The notes under the pieces were generated by a model that did no database searches, had not been told where the DNA came from, and saw nothing but the letters and a program-made list of their open reading frames with translations. Below, piece by piece: positions 1 through 8,808 of a stretch of 32,000 nucleotides of DNA. Every line of letters begins with the position of its first letter. Positions within the stretch are counted from its first letter, which is position 1. This DNA is from Candidatus Saccharimonadota bacterium. Lineage in GTDB: Bacteria; Patescibacteriota; Gracilibacteria; UBA4473. The DNA lies in NCBI GenBank assembly GCA_030429505.1, contig JAUIFI010000001.1, positions 720,001 to 752,000 of the forward strand. Direction: 5' to 3'. The position numbers were made by a program, and so were the translations under genes.

Positions 1-17
1 CGATAACCAAGACGAAG

Positions 18-653
18 ATGACGAAGAATAAAAAAACAAAATCCAATTGGATAACCAAACTCGATGATAACGGGTTTCGGGATTTATTTTTGAAAAATAT
101 GAAACTCAAAAAAAGTCCTGAAATGATTATGGGAGAAATTCGAGAACTATACGAAGAAGGCTCGAATCATCCCTCCTCTAGTCAGAAAAGCAAAGATGCA
201 ATGGAAGCTGTGAATAAGCGAGGAGAAGAAGTAGCAAAGATGCTCTCTTTGGATACGAAATACATAATGATTGATAGCGTTCATAAAGACTATACTTCCT
301 TCGCTTTGGACTTCGCAGAACAACTTGAAAGAGAATTTGATGTCAAAACAGCGTCCGAAAAAAGCCTCGTTCAATCTGCTGTATCTGCGTATTGCCGAGT
401 GATGCGTTTTTCGACTGTACTTAACCAAAACTTCCCACCAAGTTTATTCCCGGAGAGTCTTCGTCTTACAGAGGTGGTTACTAAAGAGATTGATAGGGCG
501 AATAGACAGTATTTAACTTGTCTTCAGGTCTTAGAACAGAAAAAACGTCCTCCAATGAAAGTAAACGTACGAACGAATACGGCTTTTATAGCTGAAAATC
601 AGCAAAATATAGCTCATCAAAATTCAAATGAAAAACTCAATGACCACAAATGA
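18..653 (+). CDS. Hypothetical protein (island 1 cargo)
   Basis: 211-aa ORF with no motif I recognise. It overlaps the next ORF by 26 nt in the same orientation, which looks operon-like. Confidence 0.5.
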   Translation: MTKNKKTKSNWITKLDDNGFRDLFLKNMKLKKSPEMIMGEIRELYEEGSNHPSSSQKSKDAMEAVNKRGEEVAKMLSLDTKYIMIDSVHKDYTSFALDFAEQLEREFDVKTASEKSLVQSAVSAYCRVMRFSTVLNQNFPPSLFPESLRLTEVVTKEIDRANRQYLTCLQVLEQKKRPPMKVNVRTNTAFIAENQQNIAHQNSNEKLNDHK

Positions 654-963
654 TTTATACCAAAAATTTTTAGCCGAGAACTGTAATAAGTTAGAAGTAA
701 ATAAATTGCTTAGAGAGGCTTCTAAAAGGGTAAAAATTGAACTTATTCAAAGTAGTATCTCTGCGAATGGGGCAAGTTTAAACTTGCTTTCATCTCAGAC
801 CGGAAAAGGGGGAGAAAGGCTTTGGTTCGAGTGTCCATTGTGTCTAAGAAGGTGCGGAGTCCTCTATGAAAATCCAATAAATCAAATGCTTGCCTGTCGG
901 AAGTGTTTAAAAATCAAATACCTATCTAATGTGCATCAACGCACGTTCAAATCTATTTCTTAA
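628..963 (+). CDS. Hypothetical small protein with a putative zinc ribbon
   Basis: 111-aa ORF with two CxxC pairs (CPLCLRRC ... CRKC), consistent with a zinc ribbon. No family recognised. Confidence 0.45.
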   Translation: MKNSMTTNDLYQKFLAENCNKLEVNKLLREASKRVKIELIQSSISANGASLNLLSSQTGKGGERLWFECPLCLRRCGVLYENPINQMLACRKCLKIKYLSNVHQRTFKSIS

Positions 964-974
964 TAATATTTACT

Positions 975-1376
975 ATGTCAATTTGCACCATCGCTACCGG
1001 ATTTAAAAAAGAGTTTAATGGCTACCAAGTAGCCAATGAGCTTCAAAAATTACTCCCTTCAATCGAATGGGATGACCACACTTTCAAACCGGAACTGAAC
1101 CTCAAGGAAGTTGATGACACCTCTATTCGAGTTAATTTCAAAGGAGAGCAAGGAGGCGATTGTTATATTTCAATCGCTGAAGATAAAAAAGGATTGTGTG
1201 CTTGCACATATGCACGACGAAGTCCCGGAGCTAGTGCCATTCAGGAAATTGTAGTATTCGATATGATAAAGCACTACGGAGGAATCGCTTTTTATGATAC
1301 TGCCCCTTACAATCAATACTTTTACGACCCGGAAAAAGGAACTTTTGAAGAAAAATCACTTGATGAAACTTTGTAG
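975..1376 (+). CDS. Hypothetical protein (island 1 cargo)
   Basis: 133-aa ORF, tightly spaced with its neighbours. No recognised motif. Confidence 0.5.
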   Translation: MSICTIATGFKKEFNGYQVANELQKLLPSIEWDDHTFKPELNLKEVDDTSIRVNFKGEQGGDCYISIAEDKKGLCACTYARRSPGASAIQEIVVFDMIKHYGGIAFYDTAPYNQYFYDPEKGTFEEKSLDETL

Positions 1377-1401
1377 AAAATGAATACTATAAATATCAAT
1401 T

Positions 1402-3135
1402 ATGAATATGAAATATTTTGCCTATTGTCGTGTGAGTAGTGAGCGTGAAGATAAACAGGTTCTTAGTCCTGAGTCTCAAAAAAGAGAGCTTTTAAATTAT
1501 GCTCGTGAACACAACTTAAAAATTGTGAAAATCTTTTCAGAGAGAGGAACGGCATACAAGACAGGGAGAAAAGAGTTTAATAAAATGCTCGAAGGGTTAG
1601 AAAACGGTGAAGCAAACGGAATTTTAGTTTTTCACCTGAGTCGAATCGCCCGAAATAGTTACGATGGTGGTCGTGTCATTTATATGATGGATGAAGGCAC
1701 AATCAAAGAAATCCGCACGAAAGAAAAGACCTACATAAACTGCTCAGATGATAAATTTCTGATGCAAATTCATTTTGCAATGAATAAGAAGTCATCCGAC
1801 GATAACAGTACTTTTGTAAAAAAAGACATCATCACAAAGTTAGAAAAGCAGGAATTTCCGGGACACGCCCCAATTGGTTATTTGAACATAAACAAGGATG
1901 GGATAATCGCATCAAAACAGTATGACCACAAAAAACAGGAAATTCTTCAAACCTTGGGACGACCATTAAGACGAATTGAAAAAGACCCTATAGTAGCTCC
2001 TCTTTTGAGAAAAGTTTTTGATTTGGCTCTTACCGGACAATATGGGCTAAATCCTCTTAGAGAAGAAGCGTATAAATTGGGAATTGTAAGCAAGAAGAAT
2101 ACAAAACTGGCTAAAAATGTTATGAAGAAAATACTTACGAATCCTTTTTATTCAGGGGAATTTGAGTACTACGAAAAAATATGGAAAGGAAACCACGAGG
2201 CAATTTTATCAAAGAATGAATTTGAAAGGTTGCAAGAAATTCAGGGCAATAGAAGTCGCCCTAAAAAGACACGCCGAGAATATGTTTTTTCAATGCTGAT
2301 TAACTGCGAGGAATGTGGACACCCTTTGAGTAGTGACCATCAAAAAGGACACGATTATCTGAGATGTAGTAAAGCCAAGGGGAAAAATGCTACTTGTAGC
2401 AACAAAAAACACTATCAACAATATGAAGTTGGGAAACAGGTCGTTGAGAAGCTTAAAGAAGTTCAAATCCCAAAATCAATCGTTGAATGGGCTTTGAAAC
2501 AGCTCGAAGAAGCTTATGAAAAAGAAACTACCTGTAATACAGCCTCTCAAGACAAAATTCGTCAGAACATTTCTATTTTGAAGAAACAAATAACAAATCT
2601 AAATCAAAAATGGCTCTCTGCTGAAAACTTGTCAGGCGATTTAATTAGTGACGCAGAATACCGAAGTATGAAAAATGATATTCAACGACAAATTCAAGAC
2701 TACGAAGAATCTTTGAAAAGTCTTGAAGGAGAAGAAAAAAACTGGTTTCAGAAGTGTGAAGAGTTTTTAGAGATTTCAAGAATTATTGTCGCAAAGTATG
2801 AAGATAAAGAATCAAGCGTTGAGGAGAAGAGAATGCTTTTAGAGGCTATTGGAAGCAAGTTCATCCTAACTAAGAAGAAACTCACAGTAGAACTGAATAA
2901 ACCCTATTATGAAGTTCGAGAAGCTAATCGAAAGGTTCAATCTATCCGAACCGCAAAAAATAGCATCATTAAAGGCACAAGCATGCCTTGTACTGAAGAA
3001 ATGATTGTTTGGCAGGCGCGGAAGGAATCGAACCCTCAACTTCGGTTTTGGAGACCGACGTTATACCACTTAACTACGCGCCTGTATTATCCATATCTAT
3101 ATTTTTCAGAAAGACTCGCCCTTGTCCAGATTTAA
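1402..3135 (+). CDS. Large serine recombinase (resolvase/invertase N-terminal domain + recombinase domain + zinc ribbon + coiled coil)
   Basis: The N-terminus YCRVSSEREDKQ...SPESQ carries the catalytic Ser motif, followed by GILVFHLSRIARN. The central part has the recombinase-domain pattern, and a Cys cluster (CEECGHPL...LRCSKAKGKNATC) is followed by a coiled-coil-like K/E-rich region. The last ~42 codons (3010-3135) read antisense through the whole tRNA-Trp gene. Confidence 0.9.
   Translation: MNMKYFAYCRVSSEREDKQVLSPESQKRELLNYAREHNLKIVKIFSERGTAYKTGRKEFNKMLEGLENGEANGILVFHLSRIARNSYDGGRVIYMMDEGTIKEIRTKEKTYINCSDDKFLMQIHFAMNKKSSDDNSTFVKKDIITKLEKQEFPGHAPIGYLNINKDGIIASKQYDHKKQEILQTLGRPLRRIEKDPIVAPLLRKVFDLALTGQYGLNPLREEAYKLGIVSKKNTKLAKNVMKKILTNPFYSGEFEYYEKIWKGNHEAILSKNEFERLQEIQGNRSRPKKTRREYVFSMLINCEECGHPLSSDHQKGHDYLRCSKAKGKNATCSNKKHYQQYEVGKQVVEKLKEVQIPKSIVEWALKQLEEAYEKETTCNTASQDKIRQNISILKKQITNLNQKWLSAENLSGDLISDAEYRSMKNDIQRQIQDYEESLKSLEGEEKNWFQKCEEFLEISRIIVAKYEDKESSVEEKRMLLEAIGSKFILTKKKLTVELNKPYYEVREANRKVQSIRTAKNSIIKGTSMPCTEEMIVWQARKESNPQLRFWRPTLYHLTTRLYYPYLYFSERLALVQI
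3010..3083 (-). tRNA. tRNA-Trp (anticodon CCA), with encoded CCA 3' end
   Basis: Manual cloverleaf, 74 nt in total. Acceptor AGGCGCG/CGCGCCU; D stem GUUA/UAAC; anticodon stem UCGGU/ACCGA with loop CUCCAAA; T stem GAGGG/CCUUC with loop UUCGAUU; discriminator G followed by CCA. Confidence 0.9.
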
Positions 3136-3331
3136 AGAAGTTTTCTCTCTTCCAAGCTTCAGATTTATCTTTGTAAGTTTCTTTATAAATTAGCTCCATG
3201 GGCTTTCGAGTTCGCGTTGATTTTACACTTCCTCGATTATGTTCTTGCAATCTTCGTTCGAAATCACTAGTTACTCCAATGTACTTTTTATTATCTTTCT
3301 GACTTTTAAGAACATAAACGGTGTATTTCAT
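3074..3331 (-). CDS. Small GIY-YIG nuclease superfamily protein (UPF0213/YhbQ-like)
   Basis: The 85-aa sequence YTVYVLKSQKDNKKYIGVTSDFERRLQEHN...ELIYKETYKDKSEAWKRENFFK matches the GIY...YIG...R...E pattern of stand-alone GIY-YIG domains. The last ~3 codons overlap the tRNA-Trp 5' end. Confidence 0.8.
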   Translation of the reverse strand: MKYTVYVLKSQKDNKKYIGVTSDFERRLQEHNRGSVKSTRTRKPMELIYKETYKDKSEAWKRENFFKSGQGRVFLKNIDMDNTGA

Positions 3332-3354
3332 ATTATAAATGTTATGAGGAATCG

Positions 3355-3369
3355 CCCGCCTCTGGCGGG
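3355..3369. other. GC-rich hairpin (CCCGCC-TCT-GGCGGG) immediately adjoining the duplicated tRNA half
   Basis: Perfect 6-bp GC stem with a 3-nt loop. On the - strand it lies between the tRNA 5'-half copy and the GIY-YIG start codon. Function unknown. Confidence 0.5.
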
Positions 3370-3405
3370 TTGGAGACCGACGTTATACCACTTAACTACG
3401 CGCCT
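3370..3405 (-). repeat. Duplicated 5' half of tRNA-Trp (tRNA nt 1-36: acceptor 5' strand, D arm, anticodon 5' stem, CUCCAA). It is a direct repeat of 3048-3083.
   Basis: 36/36 identical to 3048-3083 (ttggagaccgacgttataccacttaactacgcgcct). Identity stops one nt after the anticodon. The sequence beyond (GGGCGATTCCTC) only faintly resembles a T arm. Confidence 0.85.
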
Positions 3406-3680
3406 TCGTCAAAACGAGTTTCACTGACTTCATCTCTTGACTACGCTTAAGACTCATCTCATTACACTCATTTTCCCTCTTCCTCACAAGGAGGTTTTGA
3501 ATGTCTGAAAAACCATAAAGAATGACCAAATTCTAAGACGCATGATTGAAAAGTCAAAAAAGGCGGCTTTTTGAAAACCCAGAAACACTACATTTCCCTT
3601 GAAAAAAAGCCAAAAAACAGGTACAATAAAAGGATTTTTATCTCTTTAAAAATCACTCCCAAAACCAACGAATAAAACCG

Positions 3681-4052
3681 ATGAGCGATATATCAAAGAA
3701 AATTCTCATAGTAGAAGACGAAAAACCTGTATCTCGAGCGCTACAAATCAAGCTCTCAAAAGCAGGTTTCGAAGTAAAAGTAGCCTCAAATGGGAAAGAA
3801 GCTCTCGAAATCATCCCAAAAGAAAAGTTTGATCTGATTCTCCTCGATCTCGTAATGCCAGAAGTAGACGGATTCAGAGTCTTAGAAACAATCAAAAATG
3901 CCGGTATTCAAATCCCCGTCATTGTCACCTCCAACCTCGGACAAGAAGAAGACATTGAAAGAGCCAGAGAGCTAGGAGCTTACGGATACATCATAAAATC
4001 AAACACTCCCCTGTCCGAAATCACTCAAGAAGTCCAAAACATACTCCATTAA
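3681..4052 (+). CDS. Single-domain response regulator (CheY-like receiver)
   Basis: ILIVEDE...DLILLDLVMPEVDG...VTSN...IIKS matches the receiver-domain Asp/Thr/Lys pattern. It lies 4 nt upstream of pilB. Confidence 0.85.
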   Translation: MSDISKKILIVEDEKPVSRALQIKLSKAGFEVKVASNGKEALEIIPKEKFDLILLDLVMPEVDGFRVLETIKNAGIQIPVIVTSNLGQEEDIERARELGAYGYIIKSNTPLSEITQEVQNILH

Positions 4053-4055
4053 ACC

Positions 4056-5714
4056 ATGAATACAAACGAAAAAAAATTAGCAGACATACTCATCACAGAA
4101 GGCTATCTCACCGAAGAAGATATACAAAAAGCTACCCAATTTGAAGAAAGTCATAATACCTCCTTCACCGATTATCTATTCTCAGAACAACTCATCACCA
4201 AAGATCTTCTCGGACAAGCCGTCGCTGAATTTTTTGGAGTTAGTTACGCCAACATCGAATCCTACCAACCATCAAAAGAACAAGTCACCACCATCCCCGA
4301 AGATGTCGCCAGAAAACATCACGCTGTCATCTTCGAAAATAAAGACAACGAAGTGATTATTGCGACCGATAAACCAGACAGTGCAGATATAAAAACAGAG
4401 ATCGCCCCCCTTTTCCCGCAAAAAACCATAACCCTTGCCTACGCTCCTACCGAAGACATCGAAGGAACTTTTATTCATTACCGCGAAGCATTAGAAGCTC
4501 GTTTCGCTACCATCATCAAGCAGGAAGAAAAAGTCGCTCCCGAAATCATCGATGAAATCCTCAAAGAATCTATCATCAACAAAGCCTCTGATATCCATTT
4601 TGAACCCCAAGAAAAAGACGTCACCATCCGCTTCCGAATCGATGGAGTCCTACACAAAGCCGGAACTATCCAAAAAGAATACTACGAAAACATCCTCAAC
4701 CGTATCAAAGTTCAAGCACAAATGCGTATTGATGAACACGCCACCGCTCAAGACGGAGCCATCAGATCCATCATCAACGATAAACCACTCGATGTGAGAG
4801 TCTCTATCATCCCCACCGTTAACGGCGAAAAAATAAATATGCGGCTTCTCACGAGCTACCTACAAGGTTTATCACTATCAGCCATAGGGCTCTCTGAAAG
4901 AGATCAAGATATGTTACTTGCAGCCTCCAAAAAACCCTTTGGAATGATCTTAGTTACTGGACCCACCGGAGCAGGGAAAAGCACCACGCTTTATGCCGTC
5001 CTTAACCTACTCAATACCCCAGAAGTCAATATCACTACCATCGAAGATCCCGTCGAATACAAGATGGCAGACATCAATCAAATCAAAGTAAATCCCGCTC
5101 GAAATCTCACTTTTGCCACAGGACTTCGTTCCATTGTCCGACAAGACCCTGATATCATTTTAGTCGGAGAAATCAGAGATCAAGAAACCGCTGAAATTTC
5201 AGTCAATGCCGCCTTAACCGGACATCTCGTGCTTTCTAGTTTCCATGCCAATAACGCCCCTACAGCCATCCCCAGACTCTTAGACATGGGCGTTGAACCC
5301 TTTCTTTTGGCCTCAACTCTCGAAGTTATAATCGCTCAAAGACTAGTACGAAAAATTTGCGATAGCTGTAGACACAGTGTCAGCATTAGCTACGAAGAAT
5401 TAAAAGAAAAAATACCAAATTCAGAAGCTTACTTCGAAAACACTCCATCAGTAACTTTGTATCAAGGGAAAGGTTGTGCGAATTGCAACTTTTCTGGCTA
5501 TAAAGGTCGAACTTCTATATTTGAATTCATGCCTATCACCAAAGGATTTCAAGACCTCATTCTCAAAAACCCATCCACAAAACAACTTTGGGATTATGCC
5601 AAAACCCAAGGAGCTCATTCTCTTTTCGACGATGGTATAGAAAAAGTAAAACAAGGCATCACCACCCTCGACGAACTCATCCGAGTCGCTCCCCCTGACC
5701 AAGACGAAGTCTAA
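4056..5714 (+). CDS. pilB: Type IV pilus assembly ATPase (GspE/PilB family)
   Basis: Walker A GPTGAGKST, Asp and His boxes (RQDPDIILVGEIRD; TGHLVLSSFHAN), and a C-terminal tetracysteine CDSC...CANC, typical of PilB/GspE. Confidence 0.9.
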   Translation: MNTNEKKLADILITEGYLTEEDIQKATQFEESHNTSFTDYLFSEQLITKDLLGQAVAEFFGVSYANIESYQPSKEQVTTIPEDVARKHHAVIFENKDNEVIIATDKPDSADIKTEIAPLFPQKTITLAYAPTEDIEGTFIHYREALEARFATIIKQEEKVAPEIIDEILKESIINKASDIHFEPQEKDVTIRFRIDGVLHKAGTIQKEYYENILNRIKVQAQMRIDEHATAQDGAIRSIINDKPLDVRVSIIPTVNGEKINMRLLTSYLQGLSLSAIGLSERDQDMLLAASKKPFGMILVTGPTGAGKSTTLYAVLNLLNTPEVNITTIEDPVEYKMADINQIKVNPARNLTFATGLRSIVRQDPDIILVGEIRDQETAEISVNAALTGHLVLSSFHANNAPTAIPRLLDMGVEPFLLASTLEVIIAQRLVRKICDSCRHSVSISYEELKEKIPNSEAYFENTPSVTLYQGKGCANCNFSGYKGRTSIFEFMPITKGFQDLILKNPSTKQLWDYAKTQGAHSLFDDGIEKVKQGITTLDELIRVAPPDQDEV

Positions 5715-6910
5715 TGGAAACTGCACAAGCTCCAACACCAAATCCAGAAACTTCTCCTCTTCCCGAGAAGATGGGATTTTTTGCTCGAATAAAGAAACGA
5801 CTTGATCAACCTATGTTCGCCGTCAAAAGCGGAAAACTTTCTTTCTTTTCCAAAATCGGCATCGGGGAAGAAAGAAACTATCTCATCGATAACCTCAGTA
5901 TGCTCCTTGCCGCCGGCATGGATGTCATGAAAGCTCTAGAAGCCATCGAAGTCGAGATCAAAAGTCCTCAAATGAAACAAGTCATAGATCAACTCAAGCA
6001 AGACATACAAAACGGAGAACCCATGTGGAAAAGCCTAGAACGAATCAACCTCCTGCCAGATCACGTCATCTCCCTCATCAGAATCGGGGAAGAATCCGGT
6101 CGGCTCTCTGAAAATCTGGAAGTAGTAGTCATACAACAACAAAAAAGCCGAGCTTTCCGATCAAAAGTCAAATCAGCCATGATGTATCCGGCAATACTCC
6201 TCATCGTTACACTCATCATTGGTATCGGAATTGCCTGGTTCATACTTCCCAAACTTTCCGTCGTCTTTATGCAAATGAATCTTGATCTCCCCACCATGAC
6301 CAAAATTTTGGTCTGGGTCGGAAACTTTCTCAAAGCCAACGGTTTCTGGAGTGTCCCCACCTTTTTAGTAATTTTAGCCTACATCATCTATTTTTTCTTT
6401 ATTTCACAAAAGCACAAACACCTAGGACAAGCCTTTTTATTTAAAATTCCAGCCATCAAAAAACTCGTCCAAGAATCAGAACTCGCCCGCCTTGGATATA
6501 TTCTCGGAACACTACTCGAAGCAGGCATGCCCATCGTCGCCGCCATTGATTCACTCCAAAAATCGACCTCTTTTCGAATCTATCAGAAATTCTACCAGCA
6601 TTTGAGAGACAAAGTTAAAATCGGAACTTCCCTACAAGAAAGCTTTCAAAGTTTCCCTTCAATCAACCGAATGATCCCAAGCCCAATGCAACAAATGATC
6701 ATCACCGCCGGAGAAACCAGACAACTCCCCAAGACTCTATTGAATCTAGGAAAAACCTACGAAGACAAAGTCGATACCACTGCCAAAAACCTCTCCGTTC
6801 TCATCGAACCACTCATGCTCCTCATCATTTGGTCTGGTGTGATTTTTATCGCCATGGCCGTCATCGTTCCGATCTATAGCTTAGTCGGAAGCGTCAATGG
6901 ACCCACATAA
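5714..6910 (+). CDS. pilC: Type IV pilus platform protein (GspF/PilC family)
   Basis: 398 aa with two GspF-type repeats and three hydrophobic segments. The start overlaps the pilB stop (TAATG). Confidence 0.9.
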   Translation: METAQAPTPNPETSPLPEKMGFFARIKKRLDQPMFAVKSGKLSFFSKIGIGEERNYLIDNLSMLLAAGMDVMKALEAIEVEIKSPQMKQVIDQLKQDIQNGEPMWKSLERINLLPDHVISLIRIGEESGRLSENLEVVVIQQQKSRAFRSKVKSAMMYPAILLIVTLIIGIGIAWFILPKLSVVFMQMNLDLPTMTKILVWVGNFLKANGFWSVPTFLVILAYIIYFFFISQKHKHLGQAFLFKIPAIKKLVQESELARLGYILGTLLEAGMPIVAAIDSLQKSTSFRIYQKFYQHLRDKVKIGTSLQESFQSFPSINRMIPSPMQQMIITAGETRQLPKTLLNLGKTYEDKVDTTAKNLSVLIEPLMLLIIWSGVIFIAMAVIVPIYSLVGSVNGPT

Positions 6911-6919
6911 AAAATTCAG

Positions 6920-7366
6920 ATGAGAAAAAAAAATCAATCATTCGCCTTCACCATCATCGAAATTCTCTTTGTCTTTTTTCTCGTTGGAGTCGTAATTTCT
7001 CTGAGCGTCTCTCAATATCAAAAATTCTCCGTGAGGAACGATCTAGAAGTAGCCACCAACACCATCACCCAAAATCTACGTCGAGCTCAACTTCTCGCAC
7101 AATCAGGACGAGAAGATAGTGATTGGGGAGTAAAAATAGCATCCAGTACTTCTACTATCTTTCAAGGCAGTAGTTTTGCAACCCGCAATACTGACCATGA
7201 TGAAATTTCAACACTAGCTGGAACCATCACTCCCTCCGGAAATTCAGAAACCATCTTCAACAAACTTACCGGCTTCCCTACCGCCACCACATCCATCACT
7301 CTCACCTCGAAAGACGGAGACAGTCATACCATCAACATCAACACCAAAGGACGCATAGACTATTAG
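6920..7366 (+). CDS. Pilin-like protein with prepilin-type N-terminal cleavage/methylation motif (minor pilin)
   Basis: N-terminus QSFA|FTIIEILFVFFLVGV: Phe+1, Glu+5 and a hydrophobic helix. Confidence 0.75.
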   Translation: MRKKNQSFAFTIIEILFVFFLVGVVISLSVSQYQKFSVRNDLEVATNTITQNLRRAQLLAQSGREDSDWGVKIASSTSTIFQGSSFATRNTDHDEISTLAGTITPSGNSETIFNKLTGFPTATTSITLTSKDGDSHTININTKGRIDY

Positions 7367-7410
7367 TTATCCTTCGCAAATTTTATCAAGCCAGGTAAAA
7401 TCAAGATGGT

Positions 7411-8805
7411 ATGAAGACATTTTCATTCTCAAAGCAGAAGCAACCAGGATTTTCCCTCATGGAAGTCCTACTCGCCATTGCATTACTCAGCATCATCGTT
7501 ACCAGCGTCACTGGAGCTATTATTTATGGACGAGAAAGTACAGCCCTTTCAGGAAAAAGAGCGCGAGCTACACTCATCGCCGAAGAAGGACTTGAAGCCG
7601 TTCGAAGTATAAGAGACGAAGATTTCTCGAATCTCACCAATGGCACTCATGGAATCGCAATTACAAACAATACTTGGACTTTATCCGGCACTTCAGACAT
7701 TACTGATATTTTTAATCGAGAAGTCACTATCAGTGAAATAAACTCCACCACAAAAGAAATTACCTCAAAAGTCACCTGGCAACAAAACCTACAAAGGACA
7801 GGAGAAATCATCCTCAAAACCTATCTGACCCACTGGATGCTTCCCACTATCATAGACGGTTGGGGAAACTCATTTGTAGAATCAAACATTGATATCAGCG
7901 GGAGTCTTGCATTTGGAATGAGAATCCAAGTCGACGGAGACTACGCTTATCTTTCAAAATATCTTCTAGGATTACCTGATTTCTTTATTGTCGATATTAC
8001 CGATACAAATAATCCATTCATATCAGGAAGCCTCGATGTCCCCACAAATCCTGAAGACATCGATATATCAGGCAATAGAGCCTATGTCATATCAAACGAT
8101 CAAGTTCAAGAACTTGCTGTCATAGATATTTCTGATAAAGCAAACCCCACACTCCTTGCCACCTACAACGCCCCAGGAATTGATGGGAGCAAAAGAATAA
8201 CGATAAACAATAACAGGGCATACATACTCCAAGATGACAATAATTTTCTTGTAGTAAATATAACCAACAACACTCCCTCCCTCCTCGGCTCACTTGACCT
8301 AGGACACGAAGGAAAAGACGTGATAGTCATAGGAGATTATGCCTACACTTCATCTGAAATGGACAGTCAAGAATTACGTGTCATAGACATTTCTGATACC
8401 AATAACCTTACCATAGTTGGATCATATGACTTAAACGGAAGTGAAAACGGAAATGCCATCACAGGATTTGACGAAACTATTATCATCGGGAGAACCAACG
8501 GAGAAGTCTCTACCATAGACATTTCTGACCCGACAGACCCAGTCCTTCTTGATACCATTAATACCGATGGAGATGTCCGCGATATGATCCTTGGAAATAA
8601 TGATGAGTATGTATTTTTAGGAACAGACAACAGCAATGCTGAATTTCAAATCCTAGATATCAGCAATCCATCAAAAATCTTCATAGTTGAAGAACTCGAT
8701 ACAGGAGACACTCTAAACGGTATAGCCTATAGCAGTACAAAAAATCGAGCCTTCGGAGTCGGTCCGAATGGAAATGAAGAATTTATCATACTCGCTCCCG
8801 ATTAA
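7411..8805 (+). CDS. Pilin-like N-terminus fused to a large LVIVD-type repeat (beta-propeller-like) domain
   Basis: N-terminus KQPG|FSLMEVLLAIALLSIIV is a class III signal. The C-terminal ~320 aa carry repeated units such as YAYV..(N/D)...L.V(I/V)DISD..NP.L(L/V)(G/A)(S/T)Y, resembling LVIVD repeats. Confidence 0.75.
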   Translation: MKTFSFSKQKQPGFSLMEVLLAIALLSIIVTSVTGAIIYGRESTALSGKRARATLIAEEGLEAVRSIRDEDFSNLTNGTHGIAITNNTWTLSGTSDITDIFNREVTISEINSTTKEITSKVTWQQNLQRTGEIILKTYLTHWMLPTIIDGWGNSFVESNIDISGSLAFGMRIQVDGDYAYLSKYLLGLPDFFIVDITDTNNPFISGSLDVPTNPEDIDISGNRAYVISNDQVQELAVIDISDKANPTLLATYNAPGIDGSKRITINNNRAYILQDDNNFLVVNITNNTPSLLGSLDLGHEGKDVIVIGDYAYTSSEMDSQELRVIDISDTNNLTIVGSYDLNGSENGNAITGFDETIIIGRTNGEVSTIDISDPTDPVLLDTINTDGDVRDMILGNNDEYVFLGTDNSNAEFQILDISNPSKIFIVEELDTGDTLNGIAYSSTKNRAFGVGPNGNEEFIILAPD

Positions 8806-8808
8806 ACC

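Larger units (their letters stand above)
1..3009. mobile_element. Right-hand part of a putative integrated element (island 1) abutting the 3' end of tRNA-Trp. It continues beyond the window start.
   Basis: Three orphan ORFs plus a large serine recombinase converge on tRNA-Trp. In hand-counted samples the + strand is G>=C here, whereas the adjacent host genes are strongly C>G. The other boundary is not in the window. Confidence 0.45.

Noticed and set aside
3084-3369. Group I (or other) intron in the tRNA-Trp anticodon loop encoding a GIY-YIG homing endonuclease.
   Set aside because: The downstream copy is already a complete tRNA with its own 5' half, so this is not a 5' exon-intron-3' exon layout. 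The 286-nt insert is almost entirely ORF, which leaves no room for a group I catalytic core.
3239-3427. Track ORF of 62 aa on the + strand.
   Set aside because: It lies antisense to the GIY-YIG gene and reads through the duplicated tRNA half (..WRPTLYHLTTRL..). This is an artefact of the repeat.
4141-4797. Alternative-frame and antisense ORFs inside long genes. Examples are 4141-4356, 4552-4797, 21513-21773, 27236-27610, 29708-30178 and 13190-13636.
   Set aside because: Each is fully nested in a longer ORF with clear family motifs. Their translations are low-complexity (P/S/T/K/H-rich), as expected from the C-rich strand bias.
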